A DNA stretch of 64,000 bases, taken from positions 3,139,942 through 3,203,941 of the forward strand of contig CBDDOM010000002.1 of NCBI GenBank assembly GCA_965231875.1. Direction: 5' to 3'. How positions within the stretch are numbered: position 1 is the stretch's first letter; every line of letters starts with the position of its first letter. The DNA comes from Alphaproteobacteria bacterium. GTDB taxonomy: Bacteria > Pseudomonadota > Alphaproteobacteria > MPNO01. This document shows, piece by piece, positions 54,844 to 64,000 of the stretch. Both the position numbers and the translations under genes were made by a program. The notes beneath the pieces are model-generated. The model worked only from the letters and a program-made list of their open reading frames with translations, had not been told where the DNA came from and made no database searches.

Positions 54844-55440
54844 GTGGCGGACGAGAGGGATATCGCGAGGCTCGGCGACGACAACGCCGACATCTATGCC
54901 GAGTGGCTGCGGGAATCGGCCGAATTCCGGGCCGATTACCGGCAGCGGCTGACCGTGATCAAGGCCAGCGACATGCCGTTCGAGAACTCGCCGGACGGCC
55001 TCCTGAAGCACATGGTCCACGAGAAGCTCAACACCACCGAGTGCTGCCTCGACATCTACATGCAGTTCCTCGAACCCGGCGGGAAGTCGGGCAAATCGCG
55101 CAAGCTCGCCGAGCAGATCGTCTATGTCGCCGAGGGCTCGGGCTACGACCTCCACTGGGACGTCCGGTTCGAGGTCGACGTGGAGTTTTCGTGGAGCTGG
55201 GCCGACGAGCCGAAGAAATACGAGTGGACCAAAGGCGACTTCGTCTTCATCCCCGCCTATTGCATCAAGCAGCACGTCAACGCCGACCCGGACAACCAGG
55301 CGCGGCTGATCGTGATGACCAACCGGATCTTCAAGGCGATGGGCCTCGACTGGGTCGAGCAGGTCGAGAACGCCGAGGGTTATACGGGGGACCTGCCCAC
55401 CGGGCTCGCGGGCCCCGGCTGGTTCCCCGACACGCGCTGA
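54844..55440 (+). CDS. Monocupin protein (second of pair; GTG start with ggagaggag RBS)
   Basis: GDFVFIPAYCIKQHVN cupin motif 2; 23 nt after previous stop, different frame. Confidence 0.5.
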   Translation: MADERDIARLGDDNADIYAEWLRESAEFRADYRQRLTVIKASDMPFENSPDGLLKHMVHEKLNTTECCLDIYMQFLEPGGKSGKSRKLAEQIVYVAEGSGYDLHWDVRFEVDVEFSWSWADEPKKYEWTKGDFVFIPAYCIKQHVNADPDNQARLIVMTNRIFKAMGLDWVEQVENAEGYTGDLPTGLAGPGWFPDTR

Positions 55441-55445
55441 GGCCG

Positions 55446-55555
55446 GCCCGCCCTCCCCCAACCCCTCCCGCAAGCGGGAGGGGAGAAGGTAGAGCGGAGT
55501 CGGCGCTGCAAGTCTCCCTCTCCCCCGCGGGGGAGAGGGACGGGGTGAGGGGGAC
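55446..55555. repeat. REP-A family repeat copy
   Basis: cccctcccgcaagcgggaggggagaaggtagagc ... ctctcccccgcgggggagagggacggggtgagggg. Confidence 0.6.
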
Positions 55556-55594
55556 ACCGGCGCCCGGTACGACCGCGTCCGGTCGGAAATTGCT

Positions 55595-56374
55595 CTACGC
55601 GACGCCTTCCGGCTTGCCGCCCGGGAGCACGTTCCAGTCGTGGGTCGGCAGAATCGTGTCGGCCTTCGACTTGATGTCGATCAGCGCCCGGCGCATCGAA
55701 TCGAGGTCGTAATAGATGCCGGGCATGATCTCCTGCTCGATGTTGAGATCGAGCTTCCTGGCGATGTCGCCGATGATCGCGACGATGCCGTCCGCCGTCT
55801 CGACATAGATGCATTGGTGGCCCGGCGTGTGCGAATTGGCGTAGAGCACGCAGCGGATCCCCGGATAGGGCTCGTAATCGCCCTCCATCAGGTCCACCCG
55901 GCTCCACAGCGGATCGACCAGGTCGGCGACGTCCGCGCGGTCGAAGAACAGGCCTTTCCCGCCGATATCCAGCTGTTCCGGGCCCATCGGCGCGGCCGCC
56001 GCCATGAGCTCCGTCCGCTGCAGGACGAAACGCGCGTTGGGCAGCAGGTTGCACCCGCCCGCGTGGTCGTAGTGGAGATGGGTCAGATGGACGTGCTTGA
56101 TGTCCTCCGGCGCGTAGCCGTGCTTGGCGAGCTGCGTGGGGATCGTCTGGTCGTCCGCGACATTGTGCGGACCGAGGCCGTGGACCTCCTGCGCCCGTTC
56201 GGCGCTCCGCATTCCGGTGTCGATCAATAGCGGCCCGTCCGGAGTGCCCTCGATGAGGAAGGCGAGGATCGGCACCGACGACGCGCCGCGGGCCTTGGTC
56301 AGGCTCCAGAACACGTCGAGCACGTCCGGGACCACGGCATCGCCGAGCAGGAGCGGAGTGACGCGATAGCTCAT
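55595..56374 (-). CDS. MBL-fold metallo-hydrolase (lactonase-like)
   Basis: HLHYDHAGG zinc motif; 259 aa. Confidence 0.8.
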   Translation of the reverse strand: MSYRVTPLLLGDAVVPDVLDVFWSLTKARGASSVPILAFLIEGTPDGPLLIDTGMRSAERAQEVHGLGPHNVADDQTIPTQLAKHGYAPEDIKHVHLTHLHYDHAGGCNLLPNARFVLQRTELMAAAAPMGPEQLDIGGKGLFFDRADVADLVDPLWSRVDLMEGDYEPYPGIRCVLYANSHTPGHQCIYVETADGIVAIIGDIARKLDLNIEQEIMPGIYYDLDSMRRALIDIKSKADTILPTHDWNVLPGGKPEGVA

Positions 56375-56435
56375 GGGTCAAGCCTCCTATCCGTTTGCGA
56401 TGGTAGAGCCTTATCGCGCCGCGTGGGAAGGGCCG

Positions 56436-57752
56436 TCAGCCATAGCCGGTCACCAGCCAGGGGAAGAAGATGATCAGCAGCAGCACGACGAACATGACGA
56501 CCGCGAACGGCGCCGCCCCGATGAAGATGTCGGCGAGCGATATCTCGTCGGTATCCAGCGTGCTCTTGATCACATAGGCGGACAGGCCGAGCGGCGGGGT
56601 CAGAAGGCCGATCTCGACCGCGATCACGGTGACGATCCCGAACCACACCAGGTCCACGCTGTAGCCGTCCAGAAGCGGCAGGAAGATCGGGATCATGATC
56701 AGCATGATCGAGATCCCGTCCAGGATGGTCCCCATGATCACGATGATCACGGCGTATAGGATCAGCAGCGTGAAGAAGCCGAGCTCCAGCCCGTTGACGA
56801 AGTCGTTGATGAACACCGGAACGCCCGAGAGGGCCAGCAGCCTGGTGTAGATGTTGGCGGCGATGATCAGCATCAGGATCGAGACGGTGACGTGGCCGGT
56901 CTCGACGAGGACCTGCCATATATTGGCCCAGGTGAGCTTGCGGCGCGCGAAGGCCAGCGCCAGCGCGCCCAGCGCACCGACAGCGCCCGATTCGGTGGGG
57001 GTGAACCAGCCGAGATAGATGCCGCCGATCACCGCGAAGACCAGCACCGGCAGCGGCCACAGGCGGAAGACCGCCGCCGCCAGGGACTCCACGGACTCGC
57101 CGGAAGCGGCATCGCCCGCTTCCTCGCGCATGACCGTCCTCGGCAGGAACGTCGCCATGCCGAGAATGGCGATCGCGAAGGCGAACGACAGCAGGATACC
57201 GGGCACGATGCCGGCGATGAACAGATCCCCGATCGATTGCTCGGCCAGGAGGGCGTAGACGATCAGAAGCAGGCTGGGCGGGATCAGCATGCCGAGAACC
57301 GACGAGCCCGCGACCACACCGACGGCAAAGCGGGGCCGGTAGCCGAGCGAGATCATCTCCGGCACGGCAAGCTTGGTGAAGACGGCGGCGGAAGCGACGG
57401 AAATCCCGGTCACCGCCGCGAAGACGGCGTTCGCGGCGACGGTGGCGATGCCGAGACCGCCCCGGATCCGCCGCATCAGGATGTTCGCGACCACATAGGC
57501 GTCCTTGCCGAGATCGGAGACGCTGACCAGCAGCCCCATCAGCACGAAGAGCGGAACGACGCCGAACACGTAGCCCGCGACCGTATCGTAAGCCGCGATG
57601 GCCAGCAGCTTGGTCGCGAGCGTGACGTTGCCCTTGACCGCCCACACCCCGATCAGCGAGACGACGCAGAGCGTCACCGCGACATGCATGCCGAGATAGA
57701 TCAGCAGCAGGATCGCGCCGATCGAGATCAGCCCGATCTCGACACCGCTCAT
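56436..57752 (-). CDS. dctM: TRAP transporter large permease
   Basis: 438 aa; fourth DctM paralog. Confidence 0.85.
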   Translation of the reverse strand: MSGVEIGLISIGAILLLIYLGMHVAVTLCVVSLIGVWAVKGNVTLATKLLAIAAYDTVAGYVFGVVPLFVLMGLLVSVSDLGKDAYVVANILMRRIRGGLGIATVAANAVFAAVTGISVASAAVFTKLAVPEMISLGYRPRFAVGVVAGSSVLGMLIPPSLLLIVYALLAEQSIGDLFIAGIVPGILLSFAFAIAILGMATFLPRTVMREEAGDAASGESVESLAAAVFRLWPLPVLVFAVIGGIYLGWFTPTESGAVGALGALALAFARRKLTWANIWQVLVETGHVTVSILMLIIAANIYTRLLALSGVPVFINDFVNGLELGFFTLLILYAVIIVIMGTILDGISIMLIMIPIFLPLLDGYSVDLVWFGIVTVIAVEIGLLTPPLGLSAYVIKSTLDTDEISLADIFIGAAPFAVVMFVVLLLIIFFPWLVTGYG

Positions 57753-58339
57753 TTCAGCATTTCCGCAAGCCGGCGCCGGTCATCCGGGGCGGCCGGCTCC
57801 AGCCATCCGAACACGACGGCGATATCGCGCCATGCGAACAGGCAGTACTGGATCGCCGCCACCGCGCAGCCGATCAGGATGATCAGGCGGACCGGCCAGA
57901 CCGGGTAGCTGACATAGCCCTGGATGCCGGCATACTCGCCGGTGGTCCAGGCCTCGACGAAGAACGGATAGCTCGCGTGGAACACGAGGACGAACAGCCC
58001 GGCGCCCACGAGGTTGAAGAGCAGCGTCATCGCGTGCGACAGACGCGGCAGCCGGGTGCGGGAGATGCGCAGCAGCCCGTCCGAGCGCGTCATGCGGCCC
58101 GACCGCAGCGTATGGCCGAGCTGGATGAACACGATGCCGACGATCGAGAGCTTCACCAGCTCGGGCACGCCGCGCAGCGGCATGCTGAGCGCCGTTCTCC
58201 CCACGATGTCGACAATGATGACCACCATGAGGACGGCGATCCACAAACTGCCGAGCGAGTTGAGCGCCGAGACCGCCGCTTCGAAGGTCAGGAAACGGCG
58301 CCAGCCGGGCTGGTTCGACGGTTCCGCCCGATCGGTCAT
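57749..58339 (-). CDS. dctQ: TRAP transporter small permease
   Basis: 196 aa; stop overlaps dctM start. Confidence 0.8.
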   Translation of the reverse strand: MTDRAEPSNQPGWRRFLTFEAAVSALNSLGSLWIAVLMVVIIVDIVGRTALSMPLRGVPELVKLSIVGIVFIQLGHTLRSGRMTRSDGLLRISRTRLPRLSHAMTLLFNLVGAGLFVLVFHASYPFFVEAWTTGEYAGIQGYVSYPVWPVRLIILIGCAVAAIQYCLFAWRDIAVVFGWLEPAAPDDRRRLAEMLK

Positions 58340-58389
58340 GGCGGGGCCGCCCCTGTCGCGGGCGGCCCCGGGCTACGCTGTCGGATGCC

Positions 58390-59454
58390 CTATTCCTTGT
58401 CCCACTCGCGTACCAGCGGCACCTTGTTGGCGCGGAGCTTGTCCATATAGGCCTTCAGCACCTTGTTCCCGGCGAAGCCCTTGGCTTCGACGCGGGCCGC
58501 CCATTCCTTGGCGATGTTGGGCATCGCCTTGGCCCAGGCGAGCTTCTGGTCGAGCGGCATCTGCGAGAACACCACGCCCTCGGCCTTCATCTTGGCCTCG
58601 AAGGTGTCGACCAGCCTGGTCATCTTCTCGTTCTGGGCGTTGCGGTAATCGACCCCCGCTTCGCGCATCGCCTTCCTGACCGCGTCCGGCAGCTTGCCCC
58701 AGACCGACTTGTTGACGGTCACCCCGCCGCCCGGCATGGCGCCGAAATTCACCTTGGTGGCGTAGCGCGCGATCTCGTGCAGCTTGTTCGGGTAGTAGCC
58801 GGTGGTAAACGCGATCAACCCGTCATAGACGCCGGTCTTGAGATTGTTGAAATGGACCGCGAAGTTCCCCTGCACGGGCACGATGCCGATCGGCGCCTCC
58901 CAGAGCGACACCGCCCCGGCGCCCGCCAGCTTGCGGCCCTTGAGGTCCTTGAGCGATTTGATCGGAAACTTGGTCAGCGGATAGAACGTGTCGAACCCGA
59001 TCGGGGCGATGAAGACCTGGCCGTGCTTTTCCCACGAGCCCGACATCTCCGGCAGTTCGTCATGCAGCTCCTGGAAGACCCGCAGCGCAAGGCCGAGGTC
59101 GTCGGAGCCGAAGGGCGCCATATAGGCGACGTTCTGGAGCGGCAGCTTGGCCTGCTCGAACAGCGAATAGAGCATGCCGGCATCGGCGATGCCTTCCTCG
59201 ATCGTTTCCAGCGTGCCGCCCACCTTGGAGAGCGTGCCGCCATAGGCCGTGGTCCAGTTGATCTTGTGCTCGGTTCCCTCGAGCCGCTTGTCCACCCCGG
59301 CGATGAACACCGTGCGGGTCAGGGCGATCCAGGTCATATGCTCGCCCTGCGGCGCGGCGAAGGTCAGGTTGAACGTCTTGGCGGATGCCGCTCCGATGGA
59401 CAGGCAGGCCGCCGCGCCGAGCGCGGCCGCGACATGCCGAATTGCGATCTTCAT
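58390..59454 (-). CDS. dctP: TRAP transporter substrate-binding protein
   Basis: Signal peptide MKIAIRHVAAALGAAACLSIGAASA; start is Met256 of ORF 58390..60219. Confidence 0.8.
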   Translation of the reverse strand: MKIAIRHVAAALGAAACLSIGAASAKTFNLTFAAPQGEHMTWIALTRTVFIAGVDKRLEGTEHKINWTTAYGGTLSKVGGTLETIEEGIADAGMLYSLFEQAKLPLQNVAYMAPFGSDDLGLALRVFQELHDELPEMSGSWEKHGQVFIAPIGFDTFYPLTKFPIKSLKDLKGRKLAGAGAVSLWEAPIGIVPVQGNFAVHFNNLKTGVYDGLIAFTTGYYPNKLHEIARYATKVNFGAMPGGGVTVNKSVWGKLPDAVRKAMREAGVDYRNAQNEKMTRLVDTFEAKMKAEGVVFSQMPLDQKLAWAKAMPNIAKEWAARVEAKGFAGNKVLKAYMDKLRANKVPLVREWDKE

Positions 59455-59643
59455 CGAGTCTCCTCCCTTGGTTGCCGTATCCGGACCGTCGCGTTCCCGG
59501 CCCACGCCCCGGACTCTTTTTTCGAGGTTAGTGCATCGGCAAGACGATTGCCAAGCTGGTACAGGGCGGGATTCCGCCGGACGGTCCACTATCCATCGGC
59601 GGCAAATCCGGGCTAAGCTTCGGCCGGAGAGGAGACCCATGCC

Positions 59644-60507
59644 ATGGCCGAAATCGTTGCCGTCTGCGCGCTGTCCCATGCGCCGGGGCTGACCGGCTGG
59701 CTCGACCGCGCGACGCCGGAAGAGCAGGAAAGCCTGACCCGGGGTTTCCACGGGCTGGGCCGCATGCTGCGCGAGACCCGGCCCGACGTCATCGTCGGCA
59801 TCGCCAACGACCATCTTCTCAACCTGCCGCTGGATTCGTCCGCCGATTTCTGCGTCGGGACCGCCGCGCGCTGGACCGGCCCGGCGGAATGGTTCTCCGA
59901 CTGGCTCAACGTCCCCGAGTATGAGGTCGCGGGCCATCCCGATCTCGCCAGGACGCTGGTCCGCGAGGGCGACCGGCGCGGGCTCCGGCTGGCCTGGAGG
60001 GACCGGCTGCTGTTCGACGACAACTGGTCGGTGCCGCTTCTCTACCTGACGCCGGATCACGACATCCCGCTGGTTCCGATCCACATGAACTGCATCGTCC
60101 CGCCGCTGCCGGGCCCGGAGGAGTGCTACCGGGTGGGGCGTGAGATCGCCGACATCGTGCGCACCTGCCGTCCCGCGGGCGAGCGGGTCGCGATCATGGG
60201 GACCGGCGGTCTCAGCCACGATCCCGGCGGTCCCAAATATTTCGACGTCGATGAGGCGTTCGACCGCGCCTTTCTCGCCCTCCTCGAGGCAGGAGATCCG
60301 GAGAAGGTCGTGGCCGAGACCACGCTCGACAAGATGGCCGCGGCGGGCGACGGCGGCACCACCGAGCTGCTGTCCTGGATCGTCGCGATGGGCGCGGTGG
60401 GCGACCGCAAGGCCCGGACGATCTGCTACGAGCCCGCCGTGGAACTCCGCTGCGGCATGGGCTGCGTCTGGTGGGACATGGCGGAGGAGACGGCGGCGGT
60501 GTCGTAG
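59644..60507 (+). CDS. Class III extradiol ring-cleavage dioxygenase, LigB-type catalytic subunit
   Basis: 287 aa; LSHAPG...H...GTGGLSHD pattern typical of LigB/PCA 4,5-dioxygenase beta family. Confidence 0.65.
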   Translation: MAEIVAVCALSHAPGLTGWLDRATPEEQESLTRGFHGLGRMLRETRPDVIVGIANDHLLNLPLDSSADFCVGTAARWTGPAEWFSDWLNVPEYEVAGHPDLARTLVREGDRRGLRLAWRDRLLFDDNWSVPLLYLTPDHDIPLVPIHMNCIVPPLPGPEECYRVGREIADIVRTCRPAGERVAIMGTGGLSHDPGGPKYFDVDEAFDRAFLALLEAGDPEKVVAETTLDKMAAAGDGGTTELLSWIVAMGAVGDRKARTICYEPAVELRCGMGCVWWDMAEETAAVS

Positions 60508-60528
60508 GAGCGCCGGCGCCGCGGTGCT

Positions 60529-61011
60529 TCAGTCGTCGGCCGCGCCGACGCCCCAGACCGCCGTCTTCCGGATCCAGCCGTTCCGCCCCGAGAATTCGAC
60601 CGAGCACCACGCGCCCTCGCACCGGAGCAGCCGGCCGACGGCGCGGCGCTCCACCCGCGCCACCGGGCGCGCCTCCGGATCCGGTCTCCGATGGAACGCG
60701 GCCGGGCCGTCGAGGACGATGACGCTCCGGCGTGCCGACAGGAGCGATTGGTGGATCCAGCCCTCGCTCCCTTCCCAGTCCCTGATGCGGCGCCAGGTCT
60801 CGAACCTGCCGACGATCCGGACCGGCAGGCCGCGCCGCACGAACACCCATGCGATGGGATAGCGCCGCCCCGGCCCGAACCGGACATTGGTCTTCGACGC
60901 CCGCAACGAGAGGAAGCGGGGTTTCTCGGCGCCCGCCGCGCCCGGCTCGCTCGCGTCCGGCCCGTTCGCCGCGACAAGGCCGAGGGCTGCGACAATCATC
61001 CAAAGAGGCAT
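60529..61011 (-). CDS. Secreted SH3-like (SH3b) domain protein
   Basis: Signal peptide MPLWMIVAALGLVAANG; two SH3b-like segments; only the C-terminal 160 aa of ORF 60529..62085 is real. Confidence 0.45.
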   Translation of the reverse strand: MPLWMIVAALGLVAANGPDASEPGAAGAEKPRFLSLRASKTNVRFGPGRRYPIAWVFVRRGLPVRIVGRFETWRRIRDWEGSEGWIHQSLLSARRSVIVLDGPAAFHRRPDPEARPVARVERRAVGRLLRCEGAWCSVEFSGRNGWIRKTAVWGVGAADD

Positions 61012-61134
61012 CCGCGGTCCCGTGCCTCGATCCGTGGCATCGGGCAGTATAGCCGATGCAATGGGCCTCCTCCTCTGGACAACGCCGCGCCGGGTTGATA
61101 GAGGCGTCGCACCCTTGAGCCAACGACCGGATCG

Positions 61135-62124
61135 ATGACGATCGAGAAACCCTCCGTCCTGGTTACGCGCAAGCTGCCGCAGGCGATCGAGACCCGTCTC
61201 AAGGAGCTGTTCGAGACGCGGCTCAACCCGACCGACGAGCCGATGCCGGCCGAAGCGCTCATCGCCGCCGCCGCCGATTGCGACGTGCTGGTGCCGACGG
61301 TCACCGACAAGCTCGGCGCGGCGGTCCTCGCCGCGCTGCCCGACCGGCTGAAGCTGATCGCGAATTTCGGGGTGGGCGTCGACCACATCGACCTCGCCGC
61401 CGCCGCGTCGCACGGGATCGTCGTGACCAACACCCCGGGCGTGCTCACCGAGGACACCGCCGACCTCACCATGGCGCTGATGCTGAGCGCGCCGCGCCGC
61501 ATGGTCGAAGGCGACCGCCTGGCGCGGTCCGGCGAATGGGACGGCTGGACGCCCACCTTCATGATGGGACACCGGGTGTCGGGCAAGCGGCTCGGCATCG
61601 TCGGCATGGGCCGCATCGGCACCGCGGTGGCGCGTCGGGCGCGCGGCTTCTCGATGTCGATCCACTACCACAACAGGCGCCGCGTCCACCGCGAGGTCGA
61701 GGCGGAGCTCGAGGCCACCTGGTGGGAAGACCTCGACCAGATGCTGGCGCATATGGACTTCATCTCGATCAACTGCCCGCATACCGCCGAGACCCGTCAT
61801 CTGCTTTCCGAAGAGCGTCTGCGCTCGCTGCAACCCCATGCCTATGTCGTCAACACCGCGCGCGGCGAGATCATCGACGAAGCCGCGCTCGCCCGCTGCC
61901 TCGCCGAGGGCGTGCTGGCCGGCGCCGGCCTCGACGTCTACGAGCGCGAACCCCTGATCGAGGAGGGCCTGCGCCGGCTCGACAACGCGGTGCTCGCCCC
62001 CCATCTCGGCTCGGCGACCCGGGAGGGGCGGATCGCGATGGGCGAGCGGGTGACGATCAACATCAAGACCTTCGTCGACGGCCACGCGCCGCCGGACCGC
62101 GTGATCCCCGCCGACGGGCTCTAG
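61135..62124 (+). CDS. D-isomer-specific 2-hydroxyacid dehydrogenase (glyoxylate/hydroxypyruvate reductase-like)
   Basis: GIVGMGRIGTAVARRA NAD motif, catalytic R/E/H triad region. Confidence 0.85.
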   Translation: MTIEKPSVLVTRKLPQAIETRLKELFETRLNPTDEPMPAEALIAAAADCDVLVPTVTDKLGAAVLAALPDRLKLIANFGVGVDHIDLAAAASHGIVVTNTPGVLTEDTADLTMALMLSAPRRMVEGDRLARSGEWDGWTPTFMMGHRVSGKRLGIVGMGRIGTAVARRARGFSMSIHYHNRRRVHREVEAELEATWWEDLDQMLAHMDFISINCPHTAETRHLLSEERLRSLQPHAYVVNTARGEIIDEAALARCLAEGVLAGAGLDVYEREPLIEEGLRRLDNAVLAPHLGSATREGRIAMGERVTINIKTFVDGHAPPDRVIPADGL

Positions 62125-62147
62125 GGCCGCGCGCCCCGGGCCCGCGG

Positions 62148-63137
62148 ATGGAACCGGTCCCCGCGTTTCGCCGCCGCTGGCCGTGGCTCACCGCCGACCT
62201 GCAGACGATACGGAACGTTCTCCCCGGAAGGCTTCCCGGCATACCGCCCGAGTCCGGCCGGCGCTTCGAGATCCCGCTCCGCGACGGCAGCGGGGACCGC
62301 CTGGCCGCCCGTTACCACGCCGGGTCGGGGAGCGCGCCGGCGGTGATCCTGGTTCCCGGGCTGACCGGCTGCGAGGCGAGCCGGCACGTGCTGCAATCGG
62401 CCGGCGCGTTTCTCGAGGCCGGCCACCCGGTGGTCCGCCTCAACCTGCGCGGATCGCCCCCCGGCCGGTCCCTCGCCCGCTTCCACTACCACATGGACCG
62501 GGTGCGCGATCTCGCCGATGCCTGTCTCGCGGCGGCGGAGCTCGACCCCGGTATCCGGGAACGGGGCATCGCGGTGCTGGGCTACTCGCTGGGCGGCGCG
62601 CTGGCTCTCCGCCTCGCCGCGGCGCCGTACCTCCCCGAAACCGTCAGGGCGGCGGTCGCGATATCCGCGCCGCTCGATCTCGCGGCGGCGGCGGACTGGA
62701 TCGCCCGTCCGCGGAACCGCCTCTACGAGCGCTGGCTTCTGGCGCGGCTCCGGGAGGAAACCGGGCCGGTCCGGCTCCGGGCGCCGGCGGCGGTGCGAAA
62801 CGCCGTGGCGAGGGCGCGGCACATCCGGGATTTCGACGATGCGCTGACCGCGCCGGAGGCGGGGTTTCGCGATGCGGCGGATTATTACGCCTCGTGTTCG
62901 CCGGCCCGCTCCCTGGGCTCGCTACGCGTGCCGGCGCTGATCGTCCATGCCGACGACGACCCCTGGGTGCCGCCGCCCCCGGTCGGCCCCTCGTCCCGCC
63001 TCGGCGTTGTCGTGACCCGGGGCGGCGGGCATGTCGGATTTCACGGACGGGGCGGCCGGCTGCCCTGGTATGTGGCGGCCGCCGCCGGTTTCCTGCGGAG
63101 CTCCGCCGGCGCGGGCCCCGGTTCCCCCGCGCCGTGA
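62148..63137 (+). CDS. Alpha/beta-hydrolase fold protein (YheT-like)
   Basis: GYSLGG nucleophile elbow; 329 aa; start ATG 62148 inside ORF 61278..63137. Confidence 0.65.
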   Translation: MEPVPAFRRRWPWLTADLQTIRNVLPGRLPGIPPESGRRFEIPLRDGSGDRLAARYHAGSGSAPAVILVPGLTGCEASRHVLQSAGAFLEAGHPVVRLNLRGSPPGRSLARFHYHMDRVRDLADACLAAAELDPGIRERGIAVLGYSLGGALALRLAAAPYLPETVRAAVAISAPLDLAAAADWIARPRNRLYERWLLARLREETGPVRLRAPAAVRNAVARARHIRDFDDALTAPEAGFRDAADYYASCSPARSLGSLRVPALIVHADDDPWVPPPPVGPSSRLGVVVTRGGGHVGFHGRGGRLPWYVAAAAGFLRSSAGAGPGSPAP

Positions 63138-63182
63138 CCGGCGGCGAAAGGCGGCCGCGAACGGGAAGCGTCGGCCGCCGGC

Positions 63183-63569
63183 TCAGGAACCGAAGGAGGA
63201 GAGCGCTTCGGCCTTGGAGGGGTGGATCGCGACGATCTTGTCGAAACCGCTGATCTGGAAGACTTCCCGGATCGGATCGGACATGGAGCAGAGCGCGAAC
63301 TTGGCGTTCCGGCTCGACAGGGACTTGGCGGTCATCAGCACGGCGCGAAGCCCGGCGCTGCTGATATAGCCGAGATTCTCGCAGTCGATCAGCACGGCGC
63401 GGTCGCTCTCGTCGATCGCGGTCCTGATCGCCTCCTCGAACTGGGCGACGTTCGAGCCGTCGATCCGTCCGCCGACCTGGGCGGTCAGGACGCCTTCCTG
63501 CCGTTCCGTCGTTACATCCATCGTCTTGGTCTCCTGAGCTTCTGTCGCTGTCTGTCGGTGCTGCGGCAC
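63183..63569 (-). CDS. STAS-domain protein (anti-sigma-factor antagonist-like)
   Basis: DCENLGYISSAGLRAVL motif with phosphorylatable Ser; likely start MDVTTERQ at 63521. Confidence 0.65.
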   Translation of the reverse strand: MPQHRQTATEAQETKTMDVTTERQEGVLTAQVGGRIDGSNVAQFEEAIRTAIDESDRAVLIDCENLGYISSAGLRAVLMTAKSLSSRNAKFALCSMSDPIREVFQISGFDKIVAIHPSKAEALSSFGS

Positions 63570-63594
63570 CCGGGGGAAAAGGACGAGCCGCCGG

Positions 63595-64000
63595 TCAATG
63601 CATCGGCATGGCGATCGCCGCCGCGAGCGAGGTTTCGATCTCCCGTACCGCCTTCGCGACCTCCCGGCCCATCAGGTCCAGCTTGCGGACCTGCCCGATG
63701 CGCTCGGCGGCCGAATCCAGTTCCGCGGTGGATAGCAGGCTGCCGAATATGCCGCAAACGTCGGAGAGCGAGATGAGCAGGATGTCGCGCGAATCCGGGA
63801 TTTCGTCGCTGAACAGGACGCCCATGAGGCGGAGCTTGACCTCGCGGACGGTCCGGTTGTCGATCACCGGGTAGCGGCGCGTATGGAACACCCACATGAA
63901 CCGGTCGTCTTCCCGCCGCAGAATGCCGCGCTCCACGAGGCGGGCGAGGGACCGGTCGTGGATCTCGTCGGCGTGGGCGGTGGTATCCCTGATCCAGTGG
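63595..64000 (-). CDS. Hypothetical protein, N-terminus outside the window (frame open to window edge)
   Basis: Frame continues without stop to position 64000; no confident family. Confidence 0.35.
   Translation of the reverse strand, partial: HWIRDTTAHADEIHDRSLARLVERGILRREDDRFMWVFHTRRYPVIDNRTVREVKLRLMGVLFSDEIPDSRDILLISLSDVCGIFGSLLSTAELDSAAERIGQVRKLDLMGREVAKAVREIETSLAAAIAMPMH

Noticed and set aside
29383-55555. CRISPR array hypothesis for the recurring GC-rich palindromes
   Set aside because: Copies are 3-7 kb apart, in both orientations, and intergenic between unrelated genes. There are no regularly spaced short repeats with unique spacers and no cas genes. They are REP-type elements.
61012-62085. 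Upstream approximately 360 aa of the 518-aa ORF 60529..62085 (minus strand)
   Set aside because: Antisense to the clearly identifiable 2-hydroxyacid dehydrogenase. Only the C-terminal 160 aa with a signal peptide (SH3-like protein) are plausible.
1-64000. tRNA, rRNA and other structured RNA genes
   Set aside because: No cloverleaf-like or rRNA-like stretches were recognised in the intergenic regions inspected by eye (15547-15950, 17234-17509, 30025-30391, 35574-36320, 37671-38228, 45035-45174). This cannot be excluded without tRNAscan/Infernal.

Overview
High-GC (by eye high-60s %) proteobacterial chromosomal segment, most likely alphaproteobacterial given the sdhCDAB order and the number of TRAP transporters. 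About 60 genes are supported. Content: a complete sdhC-sdhD-sdhA-sdhB operon; heme A synthase ctaA; four separate TRAP transporter systems (dctP/Q/M sets); many oxygenases and hydrolases of an aromatic/organosulfonate-catabolic flavour; and two orphan xanthine-dehydrogenase-family (CoxL-like) molybdopterin large-subunit genes. The catabolic set includes gentisate 1,2-dioxygenase, two TauD/TfdA dioxygenases, two luciferase-like monooxygenases, two acyl-CoA-dehydrogenase-fold flavin monooxygenases, a LigB-type extradiol dioxygenase, three amidase-signature amidases and a fused sulfopyruvate-decarboxylase-like TPP enzyme. The window is peppered with three intergenic repeat families: REP-A with two GC hairpins (6 copies), REP-B, a 'cccggacttgttccggg' palindromic element (about 6 copies), and two copies of a roughly 170-bp MITE-like palindrome. 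Mobile or accessory material: an intact IS4-family IS inserted into a REP-B copy with a target-site duplication; an IS1/IS1595-like transposase remnant; a visibly low-GC Fic (class II, alpha-inh motif) gene; and a TacA/TacT (DUF1778 RHH antitoxin + GNAT toxin) module. The most notable item is a low-GC, translationally coupled two-gene cassette encoding an SMC/OLD-like ABC ATPase (AAA_15/21-like) and a small PIN-like protein, immediately followed on the same strand by a minimal ATP-dependent RNA ligase. This is a candidate defence or RNA-damage/repair system not matching a named system I can recognise. A PD-(D/E)xK-like/XRE-HTH fusion protein with a strong sigma70-like promoter and a terminator-like hairpin in its leader is a second candidate regulatory/defence element. 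No rRNA, tRNA or CRISPR arrays were recognised.
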